Positions 39,349-47,861 of a DNA stretch of 64,000 bases are shown here, piece by piece (position 1 is the stretch's first letter; each line of letters opens with the position of its first letter). The notes below the pieces were generated by a model. It had not been told where the DNA came from. It was given only the letters and a program-made list of their open reading frames with translations, and did no database searches. The DNA is taken from contig JBNKBE010000005.1 of NCBI GenBank assembly GCA_050287085.1, positions 192,001-256,000 of the forward strand, in the 5' to 3' direction. The position numbers were made by a program, and so were the translations under genes. Source of the stretch: Polyangiaceae bacterium (GTDB taxonomy: Bacteria > Myxococcota_A > Polyangia > Polyangiales > Polyangiaceae).

Positions 39349-40043
39349 GATGCCGCAACCAACTTGTATCCGACGCCGTGCACCGTCGCGATCGGTGAAA
39401 GCCCGTGCTCGAGCAGCTTGGCCCGAATGCGCCGAACATGAGTGTCAACCGTTCGCTCGGTGACGTAGGAGTCATCGCTGCGTGCAGCCCGCATCAACTG
39501 AGGTCTTTCATAGACCATATCAGGTCGCCGCATCAGCGCCCGGAGTATCAAGAACTCTGTGTGCGTCAGATGAACTACGTCACTACCGACAACCACTTCG
39601 TGGCGCCCCGCGTCGAGGCACAGACGACCGATCAGGATCTGGCCCGTTGCGCTGCCCTCTGTTTTGGCACTCCGAACGGCTCGTCGCAGCACGGCCTTGA
39701 CCCGTGCGGTCAGCTCGCGCGTACCAAAGGGTTTGCTCAAGTAGTCGTCAGCCCCAAGCTCCAAGCCTACAACGCGATCGATTTCATCACTACGCGCCGA
39801 TAGAAAAAGTACCGGCGCCTGCCCCGTACTCGTCAACTCCCGGCAATACTCAAGGCCGCTCTCGCCTGGCAGCATGATATCCAGGACAACCAAGTCTGCG
39901 GGCTCTTGGGCCAAGAGCACACGCGCGTTCGCGACCGAAGTCGCCGTTCGAACAGTATAGCCCTCGCGCACGAGGGCGTACTCCACCACTTCGCGAATGC
40001 GTCGCTCGTCATCGACCACCAGAATGTTGGCGTGGCCGTTCAT
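39336..40043 (-). CDS. OmpR/PhoB family response regulator
   Basis: ILVVDDE, VLDIMLPG, GADDYLSKPF, RTVDTHVRRIRAKL, TVHGVGY. Confidence 0.95.
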   Translation of the reverse strand: MNGHANILVVDDERRIREVVEYALVREGYTVRTATSVANARVLLAQEPADLVVLDIMLPGESGLEYCRELTSTGQAPVLFLSARSDEIDRVVGLELGADDYLSKPFGTRELTARVKAVLRRAVRSAKTEGSATGQILIGRLCLDAGRHEVVVGSDVVHLTHTEFLILRALMRRPDMVYERPQLMRAARSDDSYVTERTVDTHVRRIRAKLLEHGLSPIATVHGVGYKLVAASCSE

Positions 40044-40137
40044 CGGCCTCCCCACGCTCCATCGGCTTCGTCGATTATTCGGCACGAGCCCTCCTCGTCG
40101 CTGACGCGACGGCGCGAAGGCGTCTTGAAGTAGAAAG

Positions 40138-40878
40138 CTAGCGTGGACATGCCGGAGCCGAGGATAGCAGATGTGAAGACGACTTGTCGTCGTGCTGCAC
40201 AGGCCGCTCCGCCGCGAGGGGCTCGCGACACGGTAGCGCTCCTACTTCCAGGCGGAAAAGCTCCTCGAAGGCCTCAACTTGTGCCCCGAGCTCACCCGCT
40301 GCTTCGCGAGCTTGCGCCGCCGGTTGACCGCTGTAGCGGGCCAAAAGGAGCTGGACGTGCAAGGATTCTGCAAGCTGGAGCAGCTCGACTAAGAGCCGTT
40401 CGTCCCGAACCAAAACAGTACGCAGTCGCAAGAGGTTGTGCTCACGCCGTCCGGTCGCATTGGCCTCTTCCCCGGGGGTAGTCCCCGCCGAGGCAGGGCC
40501 GAGCCCGGTGAGCAGCCGGCGAAGCTCGGCACAACGACTCTCCACGGCGCGGGCCGCCGCGGTCACACCTGCCACGAGGGCTGACGGCACCAAGCTGTTG
40601 AGCTCGGTACCAGCGACCGCTGCTCGCGCTTCCTCAAGCACCTTCTGAATACGCTCGGAGTAGGTCGAAACCGTGCTTGCTGCTCTGCCCTCTTGCCCTT
40701 CGGCCCAGGCGACAGGCGCCCACAGCGGCCAAACGGTCAACATGAGCAACATTCGACCGAGCCACGCCAGACGCCCCTGTAGCCCACTGTTCCGCTCGGC
40801 TCCGGCTCGACGCTGCATAAGCCCGAAAAGCGCCAACCCGAGCGAGGAATAGGCGCCCATCACCCAGTAGAACGTCAT
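40138..40878 (-). CDS. Hypothetical membrane protein with helical cytoplasmic domain
   Basis: Two N-terminal TMs ending WPLWAP, then helical region. Confidence 0.65.
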   Translation of the reverse strand: MTFYWVMGAYSSLGLALFGLMQRRAGAERNSGLQGRLAWLGRMLLMLTVWPLWAPVAWAEGQEGRAASTVSTYSERIQKVLEEARAAVAGTELNSLVPSALVAGVTAAARAVESRCAELRRLLTGLGPASAGTTPGEEANATGRREHNLLRLRTVLVRDERLLVELLQLAESLHVQLLLARYSGQPAAQAREAAGELGAQVEAFEELFRLEVGALPCREPLAAERPVQHDDKSSSHLLSSAPACPR

Positions 40879-40880
40879 GG

Positions 40881-41567
40881 CTATCGCTCCGAATTGTAAA
40901 TGCCGCGAGCAGAACGCGAAGTATCACTCAATGATCCCAGAAAGGTGCCTTCGGGACTGCGAAACCAAGGCACCGAGGCCTGAGCGGGTCGCCCAACAAA
41001 GGGTCGTAGACTCCAAGCGCTCTGGCCCACAACGAAGAAGAGCAGCAACCCGTAGGCCAATACGGTGGCGACAGAACGCCCACCATGCCGGAGTCCACGT
41101 AGCAATACTCCGAGCGCAAACAAGCCGGATAAGGAGAACAGAACGATCGCCGAAAGCATCACTTGATGATAGGCCCGCTCCATACCCACGAGAGACTCCG
41201 GAATCAGCCATAACACAGGCGACAGCGCCATCAATACAAGGGACGCTCGCGCACTCGCAGCAAGTGTCAGAGCAACCAGGTACCGCAAGGTATGGCCGCG
41301 ACCGAAGAGCGCGCTCAGCATGTACAACGCTGGAACAGAAATGCACAGAGCCAACACCCAGATCAGGGGCAACTTGACCCCGGCCATCAATGCCTGCGTC
41401 AGACCACGCGTGCTGCCCAGCACCAGACCGAAGCTGCCGGAGCCGACTACGATGCTCGCCAGAGCTGTTGCGGCAAGCGTGGACAGGCCCTGGCTCTGGC
41501 TGCAACGTTGAGCCAACCGCTCGGGTTCACCCACAAGCCACGCCACGTTGACAAATGGAGCGCTCAC
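40881..41567 (-). CDS. Polytopic membrane protein (Yip1-like topology)
   Basis: ~5 TMs; KLPLIWVLALCISVPALY, QSAWSLRPFVG; GTGA overlap with upstream gene. Confidence 0.7.
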   Translation of the reverse strand: MSAPFVNVAWLVGEPERLAQRCSQSQGLSTLAATALASIVVGSGSFGLVLGSTRGLTQALMAGVKLPLIWVLALCISVPALYMLSALFGRGHTLRYLVALTLAASARASLVLMALSPVLWLIPESLVGMERAYHQVMLSAIVLFSLSGLFALGVLLRGLRHGGRSVATVLAYGLLLFFVVGQSAWSLRPFVGRPAQASVPWFRSPEGTFLGSLSDTSRSARGIYNSER

Positions 41568-42226
41568 AGTAGCACCCCGCGCTGCAGCTTGGTCCAAGCA
41601 TATCCGCCCATGACCATGAGATAGATGAAATGCACAGCCACAGCTAGCCCAGCGCGGGACCATGGCGAGCGAAGGGCACCCCATACGTCGAGACTCAACT
41701 GCAAGGCGCCCCCGAGACAGGCAGCTCCGTAGAGCAGAACCCCAACCTGGAAGATCCAACAGAAAGCTGCCCCCGTGAACGCATACAGGCCGAGCACCAG
41801 GGCGAGGGCAGACAGAACTGCCCCAATCCACGCATAGGAGCGGCAGATTGCCCCGTGGAGCCGGCGCAGGGTGAGCCCATCCCCGAGAAGTGCCAGAACG
41901 AGCCAAAGCGCCGGTGTGGTCAACAACGGCGCCACGACTGTTGCCACGGGCCATACCAAGACTTCAAGCACAAGCCTGACTACCCCGGGCGCCTCGTGGG
42001 TGCGGACGACGGAACCGGTCGTGGCTAGGCCGAACGCCGTTAGACCCAAAACCCCCAACAAGACGCGCGCCCGATCGTGCTCCGAGGCGTCCTTCGCGAG
42101 GCACGCGCCCACCCAACTCTGCGATGGCCAGGCCCCCTCCTCCGAGGAATCGCTAGGCTCAGGCGATCCTTCTGGAGCGGACGCCGCCGAGACGCCGGGT
42201 ACCAACGGTTCAAGACATGTCTCCAT
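41564..42226 (-). CDS. Polytopic membrane protein, distant paralogue of downstream gene
   Basis: GAGGAG RBS; ~5 TMs; LTTPALW resembles ISVPALY. Confidence 0.65.
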   Translation of the reverse strand: METCLEPLVPGVSAASAPEGSPEPSDSSEEGAWPSQSWVGACLAKDASEHDRARVLLGVLGLTAFGLATTGSVVRTHEAPGVVRLVLEVLVWPVATVVAPLLTTPALWLVLALLGDGLTLRRLHGAICRSYAWIGAVLSALALVLGLYAFTGAAFCWIFQVGVLLYGAACLGGALQLSLDVWGALRSPWSRAGLAVAVHFIYLMVMGGYAWTKLQRGVLL

Positions 42227-42351
42227 AACTCTCCTCATCAATGAAAGGCAGCCGCTCAAGCGCACGCGCCCGAAGTTGTCTGCCTGCGATGGGGTGCACA
42301 CTACGGGACGTCCGTGGCGGTCCAGAGTGCGTGCCAAGGAGATGTTCCGGA

Positions 42352-42373
42352 GAAATTGTGGCGAAATTGTGGC
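42352..42373 (-). promoter_or_regulatory. 11-bp tandem direct repeat, candidate OmpR-family regulator site
   Basis: GAAATTGTGGC x2 exact, ~125 bp upstream of the operon ending in the RR/HK pair. Confidence 0.6.
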
Positions 42374-42470
42374 GGCCACTACCCAGCCCCAGAACGGCGC
42401 CGAGCGGACGAATGCACGCACAAATCAGTAGCGCTTCAATCGCCCTTAATCGCGTACTATCAGCCTTGCC

Positions 42471-43814
42471 ATGAGCACGCCGCCAGGTCTTCATCCTTTG
42501 GAGCTACTTCAGCTGCGCTCGCTCCGCCACTTGAGCGATCGCCTTTCGGGTCTCGTCCGCCAGCGCCTGTGGATGCAGGTACTGCTCGGGATGCTCATCG
42601 GCATCGGGGCCGGCGCTCTCCTCGGGCCCACCACCGGCTGGGTCGAGCCCGGCACCTCGCGGCTGCTGGGCAGTTGGCTCGCACTGCCGGGACAGGTCTT
42701 TCTTGGACTAATCCAGATGATCGTGGTCCCGCTGGTATTCGCCTCCGTCATTCGTGGCCTAGCGGCCACGGAAAACCTCGAACAACTGCGCACCACAGGA
42801 CTGCGAGCCGTCGGCTTCTTCGTAGGCACGACTACGCTGTCGATCACGCTCGGGATCGGGCTAGCGCTGTGGCTGGAGCCGGGCACCACACTTGGGGCCG
42901 ATCTCACCTCGTCGCTCGCGGCTGCAGAGCTGGCTCCGACACAGCCCGTTCTCATGAACGAAGTCCACCGTTCACTTCCCGACACCATCGTCGGCGTGCT
43001 CCCCACCAACCCCCTCGGGTCTATGGTGAAGCTTGAAATGCTGCAGGTCGTACTCTTCGCAGCCATCATGGGCATGGCGCTCGTATCGATGGCGCCGGAG
43101 CAGTCGCGTCCCCTCCTGGACCTGCTGGGCTCGCTACAAGAGGTCAGCATGACGGTCGTCAAGTGGAGTATGCGACTTGCTCCCGTGGCGGTCTTTGGCC
43201 TGATGGCGCGGCTATCACTGCAGCTCGGACCAAGAGCTCTACTGGGGATGAGCGCCTATGTCGGCACGGTGTTGCTCGGGTTGCTTCTGACGATGGGGGG
43301 GTATCTAGTCATTCTCCGTCTATTCTCGTCGCTTCGCCCGCTGACGTTTCTGCGCGGAGTGCGTGAACTGCTCTTGCTCGCCTTCTCCACGTCCAGCTCT
43401 GCAGCCGTGATGCCGCTGTCGATTCGCACCGCCGAAGACAAGCTCGGCGTGAAGGCCTCCGTTTCGCAGTTCATCATCCCCTTGGGAGCCACGATCAACA
43501 TGAATGGCACAGCCCTTTATCAAGGCGTGGCCACCGTATTCTTGGCGCAGGTCTACCACGTTGAGATGGACACCGCGCGGCTCGCGTTGGTCGTGCTCAC
43601 CGCGGTGGCGGCTTCCATTGGCTCCCCAGCGACTCCAGGCGTGGGCATCGTCATCCTCGCCATGGTGTTGCGCTCGGCGGGCGTACCGGCCTCCGGCATT
43701 GGTCTTCTCATCGGCGTAGACCGCATTCTCGACATGAGCCGCACGGCGGTAAACGTCGCCGGAGATCTGGTTGCGGCGGTACTGCTGGGTCGCCCCCGAA
43801 CGCCGTCGCGCTAG
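42471..43814 (+). CDS. Dicarboxylate/amino acid:cation symporter (DAACS, GltP-like)
   Basis: AFSTSSSAAVMP, PLGATINMNGTAL, VDRILDMSRTAVNVAGD. Confidence 0.95.
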   Translation: MSTPPGLHPLELLQLRSLRHLSDRLSGLVRQRLWMQVLLGMLIGIGAGALLGPTTGWVEPGTSRLLGSWLALPGQVFLGLIQMIVVPLVFASVIRGLAATENLEQLRTTGLRAVGFFVGTTTLSITLGIGLALWLEPGTTLGADLTSSLAAAELAPTQPVLMNEVHRSLPDTIVGVLPTNPLGSMVKLEMLQVVLFAAIMGMALVSMAPEQSRPLLDLLGSLQEVSMTVVKWSMRLAPVAVFGLMARLSLQLGPRALLGMSAYVGTVLLGLLLTMGGYLVILRLFSSLRPLTFLRGVRELLLLAFSTSSSAAVMPLSIRTAEDKLGVKASVSQFIIPLGATINMNGTALYQGVATVFLAQVYHVEMDTARLALVVLTAVAASIGSPATPGVGIVILAMVLRSAGVPASGIGLLIGVDRILDMSRTAVNVAGDLVAAVLLGRPRTPSR

Positions 43815-44043
43815 AACGAGTGCGAGTTCTGGCATCAGCATCGGCACAGCGCCCGCCACCTGTTGACTCGTGACCGGCCTTGGGTGGTGGCGCCGCCCAC
43901 ATTCACGATGCGCCAAACGGCGAGGTGAAAACAGGCGCAACCGGCCGACGGCCCCGCGTCGGCAAGGCCCTTTACGCCTCGCATGACCCGTGTACTCTGA
44001 CCCCAGGGAGAACAACGATTCCCATACGGAAGGAAGACTGTCG

Positions 44044-45135
44044 ATGGCCGAGGAACACGCGAGGGGATGGAGACTAGAAGCGAGGCATGCGGCGCGACTA
44101 GGAGGCGTGCTTTCTTGGGTGCTGCTCGGCTGCAGTCACAGCCAGCCAGAGGCCGCAGCGCCGGCGGCGACGAGCACTGCCGCGCCGCTGCCCACCGCCA
44201 GCGCGGTGCCTTCGCCCGGCGCGGTGCCTTCCGCCAGCGCCACTTCCTCACTGCCCACCGTCACCACCCGGCCTCCGCCTCCTCCCAAGTGGAAGAACGC
44301 GGCTCTGCTGAGCTCCTACCAGAAGTTCTTGGACGCAGCCGAACGCAGCGCGGACGACCGAGCGCTCGACGCCGGACGCAAACCGGCTGAACTCCTGGCT
44401 TTTGCGGGGGTGGAACCTGGAATGCAGGTGGCAGAGCTTGCCGCTGGCTCCGGCTACACAGCAGAGATCTTAGCCCGCGTGGTCGGGCCATTTGGCAAAG
44501 TCTACGGGGAGAATCCGCGATGGGTGCTCGACCGCTTCGCACAAGCGCCGTGGACAGAGCGCTTGCAGAAAGACGTGATGCGCAATGTGGTGCGCGTCGA
44601 CGCTGAAATGGACGATCCACTTCCCGGCGTGCCTCAGCTCGATATCGTATTCCTCATCATGTTCTACCACGACAGTGTGTGGGCTGGGGTTGACCGGCCT
44701 AAGATGAACACCAACATCTTCAAAGCCCTCAAACCGGGTGGCAAGTTCATCGTGGTCGATCATAGCTCGGCGCCCGGCGCCGGAACCAGCGCAGCTCAGT
44801 CCCTACACCGCATCGAGGAACCAGTGGTGGTGAGCGAAGTCCAGGCGGCGGGCTTCCAGCTGACGGACAGCGCAGACTTTCTGCGCAACCCGGACGACGC
44901 CCGTGACTGGAACGCGGCGCCGAGCACGGCAGGCGGCCGACGTGGAACGAGCGATCGCTTCGTGCTGCGTTTCACGAAACCAGCGACGCCCGTAGCATCC
45001 GAAACGCCCCCTTCAGTCGCGCCGCATGCGAGCGCCTTGCCCGCCGAGCCAGCGCCTGCCCCGAGCTCAGCTGCGCCCCAGGGTGCTATCCACGCCCCAG
45101 CGGCCCCTTCGGCTCAGCCCGGCTTGACTCCCTGA
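44044..45135 (+). CDS. Lipoprotein-type SAM-dependent methyltransferase (COG4798-like)
   Basis: VLLGC lipobox; DAGRKPAELL, ELAAGSGY, FYHD, LKPGG, VDH, LRNPDD, SDRFVLRF. Confidence 0.8.
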   Translation: MAEEHARGWRLEARHAARLGGVLSWVLLGCSHSQPEAAAPAATSTAAPLPTASAVPSPGAVPSASATSSLPTVTTRPPPPPKWKNAALLSSYQKFLDAAERSADDRALDAGRKPAELLAFAGVEPGMQVAELAAGSGYTAEILARVVGPFGKVYGENPRWVLDRFAQAPWTERLQKDVMRNVVRVDAEMDDPLPGVPQLDIVFLIMFYHDSVWAGVDRPKMNTNIFKALKPGGKFIVVDHSSAPGAGTSAAQSLHRIEEPVVVSEVQAAGFQLTDSADFLRNPDDARDWNAAPSTAGGRRGTSDRFVLRFTKPATPVASETPPSVAPHASALPAEPAPAPSSAAPQGAIHAPAAPSAQPGLTP

Positions 45136-45138
45136 GAC

Positions 45139-45858
45139 ATGGTGCGACCGGAAGCAGCCCACTCGCCGCCAGCGCTGGAGGTGTGTGATCTAATACTGCT
45201 TGCCGGCACGCGCCCTTTGGGCGCGCCTCTCAGCTTTGCTCTAGCTCCGGGCTCATGGCTCGGTGTGACGGGCCCCTCGGGCGCCGGTAAAAGTACGCTG
45301 CTCCGCACAATCGCCAGACTTGTTCCCGCGGGCGGTGGCCAACTGAGACTGAACGGTCGAAGTGCCAATGCAATTGCCCCCGCCACGTGGCGACGCCAGG
45401 TTGCCTACGTGCCGCAGCACCCACCCGCTCTGCCCAGCTCTGCCGCAGATTTCAGTCGCTCGATAGCGAGTCTCGCGAGCCAGAAGCACGCGCCGCAAGC
45501 GCTACTGCGCAGCGCACTTGCGCTGGGTGAGCAATTTCACCTCAAATCTGCCGCGTTTGAAATGCCCTTTTCGTCGCTATCGGGAGGCGAGCGGCAGCGG
45601 GCATACCTGGCCCTCGTCCTCGCTACCGAGCCTGAGCTACTGCTTCTGGATGAGCCCACAAGCGCACTCGACGACCGCACGCGAAGCGCAGTGGAGGAAA
45701 GGCTCTTGCCCCGCTGCGGGCTGCTGATAAGCCACGATCTGCGGCAGCTAGATCGTCTGGCGGAGCATGTGCTTACGCTTTCCTTGCCCCAGAGCAGTCG
45801 CCCCACCGCGGCGGCCGCACGCTCCGGTCATGAAGCAGCGGGCGAGGTCGCCGAGTGA
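45139..45858 (+). CDS. ABC transporter ATP-binding protein (FetA/YbbL-like)
   Basis: GPSGAGKS, LSGGERQR, LLLDEPTSALD, ISHD. Confidence 0.88.
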   Translation: MVRPEAAHSPPALEVCDLILLAGTRPLGAPLSFALAPGSWLGVTGPSGAGKSTLLRTIARLVPAGGGQLRLNGRSANAIAPATWRRQVAYVPQHPPALPSSAADFSRSIASLASQKHAPQALLRSALALGEQFHLKSAAFEMPFSSLSGGERQRAYLALVLATEPELLLLDEPTSALDDRTRSAVEERLLPRCGLLISHDLRQLDRLAEHVLTLSLPQSSRPTAAAARSGHEAAGEVAE

Positions 45859-46664
45859 ACACCCCCGGCCCGGCGCCCCTATCTTCATTGCAGCTGGGGA
45901 TCGCTTCTCTGCTCCTACTGCTCAACGCTGCGCTTTCAGTTCGCTTTCAGTTGGGGATCGGTAAGCGACTGCTGACTGCGGCCGTGCGTACTGTCGTCCA
46001 ACTGACGCTGCTCGGCTACATATTGGTTCCGGTCTTCGCCACTCACAATCTCTGGCTCACCCTAGGACTCGGCCTTCTGATGGTAGCACTGGCGGCTCGC
46101 GAAGTGCTGTCGCGAGGAAAACTGAGCTACCGCGGCGCTCCAATCGACAGCCTGATAGCCCTGTCGTTTGCGGCGGCGGTCTCTCTTTTTGTCGGCACGC
46201 AGTGTGTGATCCAGCTCGAACCTTGGTGGCAGCCGCGCTACTTCATTCCGCTCTTAGGAATGATTCTGGGCAATACGCTCACCGGTATGACGCTCGGTTT
46301 GGGCCGCTGTCTGGCGCAGATGCAAAGCTCTGCGCCCACCGTGGAGTCTCTGCTCGCCCTCGGAGCGACGCCTTGGGAGGCGTCGCGAAGCGTGGTTCAA
46401 GACGCGCTCCGCACTGGCCTCATCCCCATCATCAACAGCATGAGCGTGGTTGGCCTGGTAACAATTCCGGGAATGATGACCGGACAGCTGCTAGGTGGTA
46501 CGGCGCCGGCGCTGGCCGCGCGCTACCAAATCATGATCATGTTCTTGATCGCGGGCTCGACCGCCATCGGCGTCACGGGGGCGGTCCTACTCGCGGCACG
46601 GCGCCTATTCGACTCCGAGGCCCGTCTCCGCATTGAGCGCCTGGCGGAGCGCCAAGAAGCTTAG
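45855..46664 (+). CDS. fetB: ABC permease FetB/YbbM (UPF0014)
   Basis: RTVVQL, PRYFIPLLGMILGN, LALGAT, VGLVTIPGMMTGQLLGG, YQI. Confidence 0.88.
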   Translation: MNTPGPAPLSSLQLGIASLLLLLNAALSVRFQLGIGKRLLTAAVRTVVQLTLLGYILVPVFATHNLWLTLGLGLLMVALAAREVLSRGKLSYRGAPIDSLIALSFAAAVSLFVGTQCVIQLEPWWQPRYFIPLLGMILGNTLTGMTLGLGRCLAQMQSSAPTVESLLALGATPWEASRSVVQDALRTGLIPIINSMSVVGLVTIPGMMTGQLLGGTAPALAARYQIMIMFLIAGSTAIGVTGAVLLAARRLFDSEARLRIERLAERQEA

Positions 46665-46975
46665 TGCGCAGTGCCACTGGTAGGAACGCCACTAGGAACG
46701 CCACGCTTTCCGAGCGCGGGCGGCGCCCTGGGTGGGCAGTCTCGACCGATCTGTAAAGTAAGATGAACGCAGGGCGCGCCGCGATCTGACCAATCGAGTT
46801 GACAACACCACCATGCCAGGCCGTCAATCCCCGCCGCAGGTGACGGCACAAGACTTGCTGCTCCCCCATTATCCGCTGACCCCTTGTCAGCGCCGCGGCG
46901 GCTCTGCCGACGCCCCTGCGCCCCGAAAGCCCTTGCTTCGCCGGCGCGTTCACCTCCCCCAAGCCTTGGAGCATC

Positions 46976-47764
46976 ATGACCACGACCTCATCCCCCTCTG
47001 TACAAGCGCACCGCATCCCCGGACTCGACGCCCGCCGTCCGAGCTGGTCGTATCGAAGACTGGGAGCGCTGCTGCTGGCAACCAGTTTTGCAGCTGCCTG
47101 CAACGCCGATGGGCTCGACCACGCCGAGATAGAGCAGTGGGAAACCGAACAGGCGGAGGCGGAAGCAACCGAACGCGCAGAGTTTGGACAGAGTCAGGAT
47201 GCGCTCTCCTTCATCGGATTTCTCGGTTGTACTTGGGGACCTTTTGGCTCACCCCAGGCGTTCACCTTTACCAACAACTTGCAAGGTTGGTACTCGAGTG
47301 GCGTTTGGGACGAGGCAACCGGCAGCCAGAATCCCATCTCTCAATCGCTGGTGGCGTGGAGCGGCCAGGCGGCGCTGCTGCTCGGGGTCAGCGCCAGCAA
47401 CGCCGCAGCGGGCCTGGAGGAGCCCTATATCGAGCTACGTGGCCCAACCAAAGGCTACAACTGGAGCAATTGGGAGGGCCTGACGCAGCTCACCTACTCA
47501 GCACGCACCAACGTGTCGGGCCTCCGCCTGGTACCCTACCTCACCACCAAGACCTGCCTCGGCACCAAGGCGACAGGCCCTATGCAAGGCGTCTGTACGC
47601 CTGCCGGCAACAACAACACCATTACGTGCACCCACACGCTACCGGCCCATGTCCAAGCCGACTCGCTGGTCCGCATCAGCCTCCGCGCCTACTTGCCCGA
47701 GTACATGAGTGTGAGTGATGGCTTCCTCTTCATCGACAACATCAAGGGCAGCGCCTCGCGCTAG
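46976..47764 (+). CDS. Hypothetical lipoprotein with carbohydrate-binding-module-like C-domain
   Basis: GGAG RBS; FAAAC lipobox; FTFTNNLQGW ... FIDNIK beta-sandwich-like pattern. Confidence 0.6.
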   Translation: MTTTSSPSVQAHRIPGLDARRPSWSYRRLGALLLATSFAAACNADGLDHAEIEQWETEQAEAEATERAEFGQSQDALSFIGFLGCTWGPFGSPQAFTFTNNLQGWYSSGVWDEATGSQNPISQSLVAWSGQAALLLGVSASNAAAGLEEPYIELRGPTKGYNWSNWEGLTQLTYSARTNVSGLRLVPYLTTKTCLGTKATGPMQGVCTPAGNNNTITCTHTLPAHVQADSLVRISLRAYLPEYMSVSDGFLFIDNIKGSASR

Positions 47765-47861
47765 ACTCGCGAGTGCCCAACCGGGCCGGCCAACGGCACC
47801 CGGCCCGCTGCGAGGGGCCCCGCGCAGCGGGCCCCTCGCAGCCCACCCGCCGGCATGTCCT

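Noticed and set aside
46681..46704. 12-bp tandem repeat TAGGAACGCCAC x2
   Set aside because: Only two copies just after fetB with no clear promoter context; likely slippage
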